Part shown: in pieces, positions 30,890 through 39,826 of the stretch
Numbering within the stretch: the first letter of the stretch is position 1
Layout: every line of letters begins with the position of its first letter
From: an uncultured Thermoanaerobaculia bacterium
GTDB taxonomy: Bacteria; Acidobacteriota; UBA4820; DSQY01
Length of the DNA stretch: 64,000 nt
Reading direction: 5' to 3'
Assembly (NCBI GenBank): GCA_964507185.1
Contig: CAZDOY010000011.1
Coordinates: 7,311 to 71,310, forward strand
Notes under the pieces: model-generated
What the model saw: the letters and a program-made list of their open reading frames with translations, nothing else
Database searches by the model: none
What the model was told of the DNA's origin: nothing
Translations under genes and position numbers: made by a program

Positions 30890-31591
30890 CTAGCTCACCA
30901 GCATGGCGAGCAGGCGTAGCGGAAAATCCACGAATACGAAGATCGAGACCCTGAGCACGGGCAGCAAAATGAAATTGAGCAGCGGTGTGAAAAAGATGAT
31001 GAGGAGCAGAATCGGCCCGTAGCGGCGGATACTTTCGTAGAACTGGTGGACGCCGTAAGGAAGGAGGGCGGACAGTATCCACGAACCGTCCAGCGGGGGA
31101 ATGGGGATGAAGTTGAAGACGGCGAGGATCAGGTTGATCTCGCCCAGGAGGAAGATCCACCACGGGCCCGAGTACGGCGTATTGATCATGTCGAAGAGCC
31201 GGGCCGGCTGCATGAAGATGAGGAATCCGCCGAGAACGACGGTAGTGAGAATCGTGATGATGAGGTTGCTCACGGGTCCCGCGGCGGCGACGAAGGCCTC
31301 GTCGCGGCGGATGTGCTTGAAGTTGCGGCTCAGGACGGGAACGGGCTTGGCCCAGCCGAATATGGGGCCCCCGATGAAGGCCATGACGGCCGGCATCAGG
31401 ATCGTGCCTATGGGATCGATGTGGGGCACGGGGTTCAGGGTGATCCGTCCGAGCATTCTGCCCGTCGAATCTCCCAGTCTGTCGGCCATCCACGCGTGCG
31501 CGCTCTCGTGGACGGACAGAGAAAAAAGAACGATGAGAATTTCAAGCGCCAGGGTGAGAAGTCCGAGGGGCGTAAAGCTGATACCGTGCAT
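30890..31591 (-). CDS. Site-2 protease family (peptidase M50) membrane metalloprotease
   Basis: HExxH within a TM helix (SVHESAHAW), a polytopic membrane protein, and a downstream LDG motif. Confidence 0.8.
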   Translation of the reverse strand: MHGISFTPLGLLTLALEILIVLFSLSVHESAHAWMADRLGDSTGRMLGRITLNPVPHIDPIGTILMPAVMAFIGGPIFGWAKPVPVLSRNFKHIRRDEAFVAAAGPVSNLIITILTTVVLGGFLIFMQPARLFDMINTPYSGPWWIFLLGEINLILAVFNFIPIPPLDGSWILSALLPYGVHQFYESIRRYGPILLLIIFFTPLLNFILLPVLRVSIFVFVDFPLRLLAMLVS

Positions 31592-31699
31592 GTGATTTTA
31601 TGTCCTAAACGATCTGATCGCGTTTGCCGCATGGGGCGGGTGATCGAACACCCGAACCTGCGGATGGATGCCGCGGCATCCACGAGTCCGGCCGGGTCA

Positions 31700-32764
31700 T
31701 TATAACCGCATGGGTCCGAGAATGCTCTCGTCCCAGAGGGGCGCCGCCTGATACTCCCGATCGGGTCTCCCCTCGCTGATTGCCCTGACGAGGACGGACG
31801 CTCCGTTCTTGCCGTCCGAGTATCTGGCCGCGATGGAGGCGCAGAGTCCTTCCTCTTCCTGCGAGGGGAGCGATTCGTCGGTTATGGCGACGGGACCCGG
31901 CACGTCCGGGCATTCGAACCGCACCCTGTTATTCGTGAAACGCTCCAGGAAGACGTTTTCTGGCTCGCGGCGGCCTACGATGAGCTTGAGCGCGGGCGTG
32001 AGCCTGAAATGCCTGCCGACCTTGAGGAGGGTGACGTCCTCCCACTCAATGCGGGCCTGGCCCCGGTGGGTCATCTTGTCCTTGAACTTCCGCGCATAGT
32101 TTTCGTCCGTCAGGAAGCAGCAGCCGCCCGCCGGCGAGGGATAGTCCGTGATGCCCTTGGACTCGATGAGGTCCATCTGGGTGCGGCGGCTGCGGCCCTG
32201 GATGGCGAGCAGCTTCGAACGATCCAGGAGACCTTCCCTTTCGGGCTCGGTCTCTTCGAGAAGCCGGGCGGAGAGGGGGCGGACGAGCCTGCCCTTCAGA
32301 CCCGAGTCCTTTTCCACGATCCGCATGGGGTCCTTGCGCTGGCTCATGGGCCGCTGGCCCAGGACCTCGCCCGTGGCCACGAAGTCGGCGCCCTCCTCCT
32401 CCATGATGGCCCTGGCCTTCTGGAGCATGAACGCGCGGCAGTCGATGCAGGGGTTCATGTGGGCGCCGTAGCCGTGCTTCGGGTTGAAGACGACGTCGAG
32501 GTATTCCTTCGAGATGTCCACGAGCCTCACCGGGATGCCCAGGTCGGCCCCGGCCCGCAGAGCCTCGTTGCGCAGCTTCCTGGGGTCGTCGTCCGGGTCG
32601 GCCGTGGCCCGCTTGTGGTCGGACACGCAGAAGCCCGTGGAGAAGCTCACGCCGATCAGGTCGGCACCCTGTTCCTGGAGGATCTTCGCGGCCAGGGTCG
32701 AGTCCAGGCCGCCCGACAAAAGTACAACGGCCTTCGGCCGTTTTGTGCTCTTCGCTTCGCTCAT
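31700..32764 (-). CDS. PP-loop ATP pyrophosphatase of the ThiI/MnmA-like tRNA sulfurtransferase family (AANH domain only, plus a ~100-aa C-terminal extension)
   Basis: SGGLDS PP-loop, an NPCIDC motif like the MnmA NPDILCN, and TGEVLGQRPMSQ ... LVRPL resembling the ThiI AANH signature. There is no THUMP domain. Family-level call only. Confidence 0.6.
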   Translation of the reverse strand: MSEAKSTKRPKAVVLLSGGLDSTLAAKILQEQGADLIGVSFSTGFCVSDHKRATADPDDDPRKLRNEALRAGADLGIPVRLVDISKEYLDVVFNPKHGYGAHMNPCIDCRAFMLQKARAIMEEEGADFVATGEVLGQRPMSQRKDPMRIVEKDSGLKGRLVRPLSARLLEETEPEREGLLDRSKLLAIQGRSRRTQMDLIESKGITDYPSPAGGCCFLTDENYARKFKDKMTHRGQARIEWEDVTLLKVGRHFRLTPALKLIVGRREPENVFLERFTNNRVRFECPDVPGPVAITDESLPSQEEEGLCASIAARYSDGKNGASVLVRAISEGRPDREYQAAPLWDESILGPMRL

Positions 32765-33076
32765 CACGAACCTCTTTCCTTTTCGGGGGGCGAGCGGTCC
32801 TCGACCGCCTCCGGTGTCTCAACCCCCATAAAAATACCATACATGATGGGTGAGCCATCCATTCCAGTCAGGAACCGGAGCCCCGTCACACGATACGGAC
32901 GGAAGGCCTGCCCACCGGTCTTCACGGCGGATGGCCCCTGGATTGATGCCTCGCCCTTTTTGAGGTCGCGGCAGGCGCGTGCGCCCGGTCGGGGGCAGGG
33001 CGGTCTCGAGAGGCCGTCTATAGGCAGGGACACGTTGACAGAACGGGCGCTCTCTGGTAGAGTTCTCCGTCTGCGT

Positions 33077-33152
33077 AGGCGCGTAGCTCAGATGGGAGAG
33101 CGCTACCTTGACACGGTAGAGGTCAGCGGTTCGATCCCGCTCGCGCCTACCA
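33077..33152 (+). tRNA. tRNA-Val (anticodon GAC)
   Basis: Hand-folded cloverleaf: 7-bp acceptor stem AGGCGCG/CGCGCCT, D arm GCTC-AGATGGGA-GAGC, anticodon stem CTACC/GGTAG with loop TTGACAC, T arm AGCGG-TTCGATC-CCGCT, discriminator A and an encoded CCA. Confidence 0.9.
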
Positions 33153-33170
33153 TTTTTTTCGGGAGGTGCC

Positions 33171-35102
33171 ATGCCCGACGTTCAGATCTCCCTGCCGGAC
33201 GGGACAGTGAAGGTCTTTCCGCAGGGGACGACTCCGTACCAGGTGGGGGAGAGTATCTCGCCCAGGCTCGCCGAGGCCACGCTCGCCGCCAAATGCAACG
33301 GGCGCCTCATGGACGTCTACCTGCCCATCCAGGAAGACTGCGCGCTCGAGCTGGTGACGGACAGGACGCCGGAGGCGCTGGAGGTATACCGCCACAGCTG
33401 CGCACACCTCCTCGCGAACGCCGTGAAGGAGCTGTTTCCCGAAGCGAAGATCGCCATCGGCCCGGTGATCGAGGACGGCTTCTACTACGATTTCGACAGG
33501 GACGCACCCTTCACCCCCGAGGACCTGGAGGCCATCGAGGCCCGGATGAGGGAGATCATCGCCCGCGATACGCCCATCCGGCGCGAGGAGCTCCCCTGGG
33601 AGAAGGCGCGGGATTTCTTCGCCTCCGAAAATGAGCCCTACAAGGCCGAGCTGGCGTTCGAGAAGGGCCAGAACGAGCCCGTGTCCATCTATCGACAGGG
33701 CGACTTCAACGACTTCTGCCGCGGACCGCACATCCCCAGCACGGGTCGCATCAAGCCCGATACTTTCAAGCTGCTGTCCGTGGCGGGAGCCTACTGGAAG
33801 GGCGACGAGCACAACAAGATGCTCCAGCGCATCTACGCCACGGCCTTCTTCAGCAAGAAAGAGCTGAAGGCCTACCTGACCCGTCTTGAGGAGGCCAAGG
33901 CCAGGGACCACAGAAAACTGGGGAAGGAACTGGGCCTCTTCATGATGCACCAGTGGGCGCCCGCCTCGCCGTTCTTCACGCCGAAGGGGGCCCTGGTCTA
34001 CAACGGGCTCGTGGACCTCATGCGCGAGTTCTACAGGGAATACGGCTACCAGGAGGTCATCACACCCCAGGTGTTCGACGTGGAACTGTGGAAGCGGTCG
34101 GGCCACTACGACCACTACCGCGACAACATGTTCCTCTCCGAAATAGACGAGCGCGAGTTCGGCCTGAAGCCCATGAACTGCCCGGGCCACTGCCTGATGT
34201 TCGGCGCCGACAGCCATTCCTACAGGGATCTGCCCCTCAGGATCGCCGATTTCGGCCGCCTGCACCGCTACGAGCGCAGCGGAGTGACACAGGGCCTCAC
34301 GCGAGTCCGCTCCTTCTCGCAGGACGACGCGCACATCTTCTGCCGCCCGGGCCAGATCGAGTCCGAGATCCGGTCCCTCTTCGAGCTGATCGGTAAGGTC
34401 TACACGATATTCGGGTTCAGCGATCCCCACGTATACCTCTCCACGAGGCCCGAGAACTCGGTGGGGTCCGACGAGGTCTGGAACCAGGCCGAGGCGGCGC
34501 TCAAGAACATCCTCGAGTCACTCGAAATCGAACACACCGTCGATCCGGGAGAAGGCGTCTTTTACGGCCCCAAGATCGACTTCAAGGTCCGTGACGCGAT
34601 CGGCCGCCAGTGGCAACTGGCGACTATCCAACTCGACTTCAACCTCCCCGAACGATTCGACCTGAGCTTCGTCGGCCCCGAGAACTCACCGGAGAGGCCC
34701 GTGATGATCCACAGGGCCATCCTGGGTTCGGTGGAACGCTTCCTGGGGGTGATCATCGAGCATTTCAAGGGGGCGTTCCCTTTGTGGCTCTCGCCCGAGC
34801 AGGTGCGCCTGCTTCCCATCGCGGACCGACATGTGGCATACTCCGAAGAGGTGGCCGGGGAACTGCGTGCCGCCGCTCTGCGCGTATCCGTGGATGCCCG
34901 TGGAGAGAAAACGAACTACAAGGTTCGCGAAGCCCAGCTTCAGAAGATCCCGTACATGTTGATCGTCGGCGATCGCGAACAGGCGGATTCGAACGTCTCT
35001 GTGCGCAGCCGTTCTGCGGGTGACCGGGGCGCGATGGCCGTCGAGGCTTTTAAGACGATGGCTCTCCAACAGGTGGAGAGCCGGTCTCTGGAACTGGATT
35101 AA
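33171..35102 (+). CDS. thrS: Threonine--tRNA ligase
   Basis: 643 aa with a TGS domain N-terminus (MPDVQISLPDGTVKVFPQGTTP), class II aaRS motifs and a C-terminal anticodon-binding domain. ATG lies 18 nt after the tRNA-Val, with a GGGAGGTG RBS. Confidence 0.95.
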   Translation: MPDVQISLPDGTVKVFPQGTTPYQVGESISPRLAEATLAAKCNGRLMDVYLPIQEDCALELVTDRTPEALEVYRHSCAHLLANAVKELFPEAKIAIGPVIEDGFYYDFDRDAPFTPEDLEAIEARMREIIARDTPIRREELPWEKARDFFASENEPYKAELAFEKGQNEPVSIYRQGDFNDFCRGPHIPSTGRIKPDTFKLLSVAGAYWKGDEHNKMLQRIYATAFFSKKELKAYLTRLEEAKARDHRKLGKELGLFMMHQWAPASPFFTPKGALVYNGLVDLMREFYREYGYQEVITPQVFDVELWKRSGHYDHYRDNMFLSEIDEREFGLKPMNCPGHCLMFGADSHSYRDLPLRIADFGRLHRYERSGVTQGLTRVRSFSQDDAHIFCRPGQIESEIRSLFELIGKVYTIFGFSDPHVYLSTRPENSVGSDEVWNQAEAALKNILESLEIEHTVDPGEGVFYGPKIDFKVRDAIGRQWQLATIQLDFNLPERFDLSFVGPENSPERPVMIHRAILGSVERFLGVIIEHFKGAFPLWLSPEQVRLLPIADRHVAYSEEVAGELRAAALRVSVDARGEKTNYKVREAQLQKIPYMLIVGDREQADSNVSVRSRSAGDRGAMAVEAFKTMALQQVESRSLELD

Positions 35103-35112
35103 GGAGGTCACT

Positions 35113-35640
35113 ATCCGAGACGTCACCACCACAAGAGGACCGCGGATCAACCGCCAGATCAGGATACGTGAGATTCGCGTCATCGACGAAGACGGGGCCC
35201 AGTTGGGGATCATGACCCCGGATGATGCAATGGCCGTTGCCGAAGGCAAGGGGCTGGACCTAGTGGAAGTCGCTCCGACAGCCACCCCTCCCGTCTGCCG
35301 CATCATCGACTACGGAAAGTATCTTTACGACGAGAAAAAGAAGGCCGCAGAGGCCCGCAAGAAACAGAAAAATGTCGTCGTGAAGGAAATCAAGCTTCGC
35401 CCGAAGATCGAAGAACACGATTTTCAGGTCAAGAAGCGACGCGTCGAAGAATTCCTCGAGGATGGCCAGAAGGTCAAGATCTCAGTCAGGTTCCGTGGAA
35501 GAGAGATCGTCCACCCCGAGCTGGCGCAGAAGCTGCTCTCGCGCCTCGCCACCGAGGTGGTTCAAACCGGCAAGATAGAGCGTGCACCGACCATGGAAGG
35601 CCGGATGATGATCATGCTCCTGACGCCTGCGAAGAAATAG
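35113..35640 (+). CDS. infC: Translation initiation factor IF-3, with a probable non-AUG (AUC) start
   Basis: The IF3 N-terminal region (TRGPRINRQIRIREIRVIDEDGAQLGIM) aligns to E. coli TARPNRINGEIRAQEVRL. A strong AAGGAGGT sits 5 nt before ATC at 35113, and there is no in-frame ATG/GTG upstream after the thrS stop. The track start at 35020 lies inside thrS. Confidence 0.75.
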   Translation: MRDVTTTRGPRINRQIRIREIRVIDEDGAQLGIMTPDDAMAVAEGKGLDLVEVAPTATPPVCRIIDYGKYLYDEKKKAAEARKKQKNVVVKEIKLRPKIEEHDFQVKKRRVEEFLEDGQKVKISVRFRGREIVHPELAQKLLSRLATEVVQTGKIERAPTMEGRMMIMLLTPAKK

Positions 35641-35656
35641 CTGGGAGGTCACGTGA

Positions 35657-35851
35657 ATGCCTAAGATGAAATCAAACCGGGCCGCCGTCAAGCGGTTCAG
35701 AGTGACTGGATCTGGTAAAATCAAGCGATTCAAGGCTTACCATCGCCATATTCTGACGTCCAAGACCCGCAAACGGAAGAACCGGCTGGGTACCGCGACC
35801 CTGGTCCACGCCGCCGATTTTAAAAAAGTCAGAAAACTTATTCAGGTCTGA
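35657..35851 (+). CDS. rpmI: 50S ribosomal protein L35
   Basis: [24 protein letters not shown] is a classic L35 sequence; 64 aa. Confidence 0.9.
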   Translation: MPKMKSNRAAVKRFRVTGSGKIKRFKAYHRHILTSKTRKRKNRLGTATLVHAADFKKVRKLIQV

Positions 35852-35863
35852 GGAGATACACCC

Positions 35864-36220
35864 ATGCCCAGAGTCCGCCGCGGCCACCACAAAGTCGAAC
35901 GCCGCAAAAAACTCAAGAAGCTCGCGAAGGGTTACTACGGGGGAAAAAGCCGCCTGTACCGCTCCGTTAAGGAGCAGGTGGAACGTTCGCTCGTCTTCGC
36001 TTTCAGGGGGCGCAAGCTCAAGAAGATCGACTTCCGCCGCCTCTGGATCGTCAGAATCAACGCCGGCTGCCGCCAGAACGGCATGAGCTACAGCAGGTTC
36101 ATGGACGGCCTCAAGAAGGCCGATATCCTTCTGGACAGGAAGTCGCTGGCAGAAATTGCGCTGCACGATCCCGCCGCCTTTACCCAGCTGGTCGACAAGG
36201 CCAAGCAGGCGCTGGCGTAG
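35864..36220 (+). CDS. rplT: 50S ribosomal protein L20
   Basis: MPRVRRGHHKVERRKKLKKLAKGYYG is a classic L20 sequence; 118 aa. Confidence 0.95.
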   Translation: MPRVRRGHHKVERRKKLKKLAKGYYGGKSRLYRSVKEQVERSLVFAFRGRKLKKIDFRRLWIVRINAGCRQNGMSYSRFMDGLKKADILLDRKSLAEIALHDPAAFTQLVDKAKQALA

Positions 36221-36289
36221 AACATCCCGGGGCCGGCCAGGTCCCGGAGCCCATACCGTCCCGGAACCCCGGGGCGGCAAGGGAAGGGG

Positions 36290-36335
36290 GATGCGACGTT
36301 CCGAAGAGGGGAAGGGGGTAGACCTCTTCCCCTTT
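36290..36335 (+). terminator. Possible terminator after rplT
   Basis: Imperfect hairpin GAAGAGG...CCTCTTC followed by CCCCTTTTTTG. Confidence 0.3.
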
Positions 36336-36370
36336 TTTGTTCACTTCGATTCAATGGGGGCGCAGGGGAT

Positions 36371-37531
36371 ATGAGCATTCAGGGTGACTTCGCCACGATG
36401 CCGCTGCCAGATCTCCTGCAGTGGCTGGCCATAAGCCAGAAAACCGGCATCCTGCTTCTCCAACGCGGCGAAATCGTCAAGGAGATTTACTTCTGCCAGG
36501 GCAAGATCGTCGCCTCGGCGAGCAACGACCCCCGCGAATATTTCGGCCAGTTTCTCCTGTCCTACGGAAAGATCGACGAAGCCGACCTCATGAGGGCCTT
36601 CATCAAGCAAGGCGAAACCGGCATCAAGCTGGGAAGGATCCTCGTGATGGAAGGCCTTCTGAGTGAAGACGAGGTCCAGCGTTTTCTCCGCATCAAGGCG
36701 GAGGAGAGCATCTACGACCTCTTCCTTTGGCAGGCGGGCACCTTCAAATTTTATAACGACGCGCCCGCGCAAGACAGCCACGTTGCAATCCGCATGGATG
36801 TGACGTCCATTCTCATGGAAGGCACCAGGCGGGCGGACGAGTGGGGGCGCATCCGGAAGATTTTTCCCACACCGCAAACGGTCCTCCGGATCCTCCCCGA
36901 GAACCTGACGCGCTCCATACTCTCCGATCCGCTCTACAACAGGATGGTCCAGCTGTTGGATGCGCCGCGGCGCATTTCCGATCTCAGCCTGATGTTCCAC
37001 GCGTCCGATTTCGCGGTGAGCAAGACCCTCTACGATATGTACCAGATGGGTATCCTGGATGTGGTCGAGGTGCCGCCGCCCGAACCCACGTCGGAGGTCG
37101 AGGTGGAAGGCAACGTCAGGAACCTCTGCAATCTGGGGCTCAAACAGTTCAACTCCGGCCACTACGAGGATGCGATCGAGACCTTCAAGCAGGTTCTCAT
37201 TCTCTCCCCGGGTCATTCCCTGGCGCAGGCGATGATTCCCAAGGCATACAAGGAGATAAAGGACACGCTGGTTTCGGACGAGTTCAGCATCGAGCACGTT
37301 CCCTACCTGCGGCAATCCTTGTCGGACCTCAACGAACTCGCCTTTACGCCCCAGGAAAACTACGTCCTGAGCCGCATAAACGGCACAAACGCAGTCCAGT
37401 CGATCATACGCATCTCGCCGATCCAGGAAATAAGGGCGCTCATGATCTTCAAGAAGCTCGCCAAGGACGGACTGGTCGGGTTCATCCCGCCGGTGCAGAA
37501 ACCGGATGTGGAAGAGAGCGAGAACGACTGA
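36371..37531 (+). CDS. DUF4388-domain protein (PATAN-like N-terminal domain) with a helical repeat region
   Basis: The N-terminus GDFATMPLPDLLQWLAISQKTGILLL matches the DUF4388 signature. The C-terminal part resembles TPR-like helices. Family-level call only. Confidence 0.55.
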   Translation: MSIQGDFATMPLPDLLQWLAISQKTGILLLQRGEIVKEIYFCQGKIVASASNDPREYFGQFLLSYGKIDEADLMRAFIKQGETGIKLGRILVMEGLLSEDEVQRFLRIKAEESIYDLFLWQAGTFKFYNDAPAQDSHVAIRMDVTSILMEGTRRADEWGRIRKIFPTPQTVLRILPENLTRSILSDPLYNRMVQLLDAPRRISDLSLMFHASDFAVSKTLYDMYQMGILDVVEVPPPEPTSEVEVEGNVRNLCNLGLKQFNSGHYEDAIETFKQVLILSPGHSLAQAMIPKAYKEIKDTLVSDEFSIEHVPYLRQSLSDLNELAFTPQENYVLSRINGTNAVQSIIRISPIQEIRALMIFKKLAKDGLVGFIPPVQKPDVEESEND

Positions 37532-37795
37532 GATTTCGCCCATGAGCGGTTTTCGGTCTATGCGGGGGTAATATCCTGGACCTGGACGTGAGCGATCGCT
37601 CACGTCTCGGGAGCGGACTGGCAGTCGCCGGTGGCCATGTTAATTGAGAGCCAGCAATATTTTGTTCTTGTGGGTTTCGCGGCGCGATCATCAATAATGA
37701 GTGAATACCCACATTGACAAAGGCACGGCTTCATCCTATTCTGAGACTTAACCAAAGTTGCGCAGGGGGCGTGACGCCTGGGAGGAGGTAAGACC

Positions 37796-39760
37796 ATGCA
37801 TCCAGTAGAAACCTGGCTCTTTTGGGCTTTCGTCATTGGTTCGCTGGCGCTGTTCGCCAACACGGCCCACCGTCGGATCGGCGCCCTCCTGGCGGGGGTT
37901 CCGGACAATCGCTTCGACAAACCCTGGGAGAGGCTGAAAGGCCTGTTTCTGTATGCATTCGTTCAAAAGCGCATGGTGAGAGACCGGTACGCCGGCTTCT
38001 TCCACCTCATGATCTTCTGGGGCTTCGTCGTCCTGGCCCTCCGGTCGACCTCTCTCATCCTCGAGGGCCTCTTTCCGCACTTCCACTTGACGGAGCTGCT
38101 CGGGCCGCTGGGCCTCGGGTACCAGACCACGAAGGACGTCTTCGAGATTCTGGTCATCGTCGGAGTGCTGCTGGCGTCCGCGCGACGCCTCTTTTTCCCT
38201 CCCGACCGCCTCGAGAACTCCTGGGACGCCTGGGCCACGCTGCACCTCATCGGGTGGCTCATGGTGACCGATCTCGTGGCCGACGGCGCCTTCATCGCGC
38301 TTCATAATCCGTCCTGGAAGGTCTGGTCGCCGGCAGGGCTCGCCATAGCGGGACTGCTCGGCGGCTTGTCCCACCCCGCGCTGCACGTTCTTTACAGAAC
38401 CATGTGGTGGTGCCACCTGGCCATATTCTTCGGTTTCCTGAACTTCCTGCCGTACTCCAAGCACTTCCACGTCTTGACCGCTCTGTTCAACGTGTACTTC
38501 AGGGAACTCGAACCCGCCAAGAACATCCAGCCCATGGATCTCGAGGCGGAGCACTTCGGCGTCAACCGGATCCAGGATTTCAGCTGGAAGCAGATGCTCG
38601 ATTTCTACACCTGCACGGAATGCGGCCGATGCAAGGAGGTCTGCCCGACCACGCTGACGGACAAGCCCCTCAAGCCCAAGGACTACGGCAACGACCTCCG
38701 GGATTACCTCTATGGGACGCCGCTGGCGCAGATGAAGCAGGACCTGGAAGTTCCGGAGGACCGTCCGCTTATCGGCGGCACGATCAGCGAGGACACGATC
38801 TGGGCCTGCACGACATGTGGCTACTGCGAGTGGGCCTGCCCTCTTCACATCACCTTCGTCGACAAGCTGGTGGGCATGCGCCGCAACCTGACCCTCGAGG
38901 AGAGCAATTTCCCGCAGGAGGCGCAGATAGCTTTCAAGGGCATGGAGCGGCAGGGGAACCCCTGGAACCTCGCGCAGGCGGACCGAGCCAACTGGGCGGA
39001 AGGGCTTGACGTGCCGCACGTTTCGGACAAGCAGGATGCGGAGTACCTCTTCTGGGTGGGGTGCGCGGGCGCCTACGACGCGGCCGGCCAGAAGGTATCC
39101 AAGTCCCTGGTTCAGCTCATGAACGCGGCGGGCGTCTCTTTCGCCACTCTGGGGACCGAGGAAACGTGCACGGGCGATTCGGCGAGACGGCTGGGCAACG
39201 AGTACCTCTTCCAGACCCTGGCCGAGACAAACATCGAGACGCTCAACGGCTACAAGGTTAGGAAGATCGTGACGAACTGCCCCCACTGCTTCAACACGCT
39301 GAAGAACGAGTACCCCGCCTTCGGCGGCCACTACGAGGTCGTGCACGGGACGGAGCTGGTCTCGCGCCTGATCGCAGAAGGGAAACTCAAGCTCACCCGG
39401 GAGGTGAAGGCCGACCTCACCTACCACGACCCCTGCTATCTGGGCCGCTACAACCACAAGGTGGAGGCGCCGCGCACCATCCTGAACGCCATCCCCGGTG
39501 TGAACATAACCGAGATGGAACACCACGGCGAGGCGGCCATGTGCTGCGGCGCAGGCGGAGGCCGCATGTGGCTGGAAGAGAAGATCGGAAAGCGCATCAA
39601 TCACGAACGGCTCGACCAGGCCCTTGAAACGGGCGCCAAGGGCGTCGCCGTGGCCTGCCCCTTCTGCAGCGTCATGCTGGGCAACGCCGCGGGCGAAACT
39701 GATCATGAATCGTTTGAGACGCACGATGTGCTGGAGCTGGCGGCCAAGTCACTGTCCTGA
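37796..39760 (+). CDS. Fused membrane Fe-S oxidoreductase: N-terminal NarI/DsrM-type di-heme cytochrome b membrane domain plus a C-terminal HdrD/GlpC-like domain (2x[4Fe-4S], two CCG domains)
   Basis: 654 aa. It has 5-6 TM helices with conserved His (FFHLMIFWG, TLHLIGWL, WWCHLAIFFG, KHFHVL). Ferredoxin motifs CTECGRCKEVCP and CTTCGYCEWACP follow. CCG-domain cysteines are present (VGCAG, DPCYLG, MCCGAGGG, ACPFC). Confidence 0.75.
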   Translation: MHPVETWLFWAFVIGSLALFANTAHRRIGALLAGVPDNRFDKPWERLKGLFLYAFVQKRMVRDRYAGFFHLMIFWGFVVLALRSTSLILEGLFPHFHLTELLGPLGLGYQTTKDVFEILVIVGVLLASARRLFFPPDRLENSWDAWATLHLIGWLMVTDLVADGAFIALHNPSWKVWSPAGLAIAGLLGGLSHPALHVLYRTMWWCHLAIFFGFLNFLPYSKHFHVLTALFNVYFRELEPAKNIQPMDLEAEHFGVNRIQDFSWKQMLDFYTCTECGRCKEVCPTTLTDKPLKPKDYGNDLRDYLYGTPLAQMKQDLEVPEDRPLIGGTISEDTIWACTTCGYCEWACPLHITFVDKLVGMRRNLTLEESNFPQEAQIAFKGMERQGNPWNLAQADRANWAEGLDVPHVSDKQDAEYLFWVGCAGAYDAAGQKVSKSLVQLMNAAGVSFATLGTEETCTGDSARRLGNEYLFQTLAETNIETLNGYKVRKIVTNCPHCFNTLKNEYPAFGGHYEVVHGTELVSRLIAEGKLKLTREVKADLTYHDPCYLGRYNHKVEAPRTILNAIPGVNITEMEHHGEAAMCCGAGGGRMWLEEKIGKRINHERLDQALETGAKGVAVACPFCSVMLGNAAGETDHESFETHDVLELAAKSLS

Positions 39761-39772
39761 TTCACGGTCTAA

Positions 39773-39815
39773 CCAGTAAGACCCCGCTCCGCATGCGGCG
39801 CGGGGTCTTTTCTTT
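39773..39815 (+). terminator. Rho-independent terminator downstream of the fused Fe-S oxidoreductase
   Basis: GACCCCGC-tccgcatgcggc-GCGGGGTC is followed by TTTTCTTT, 12 nt after the stop codon. Confidence 0.7.
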
Positions 39816-39826
39816 GACGGGGTGCC

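Noticed and set aside
33147-34430. 427-aa ORF antisense to thrS, plus similar antisense ORFs opposite the DUF4388 gene (36341-37603), the NarI/HdrD gene (37748-39724) and the aconitase gene (25897-27654)
   Set aside because: They are antisense to well-supported conserved genes, have no RBS and show low-complexity composition.
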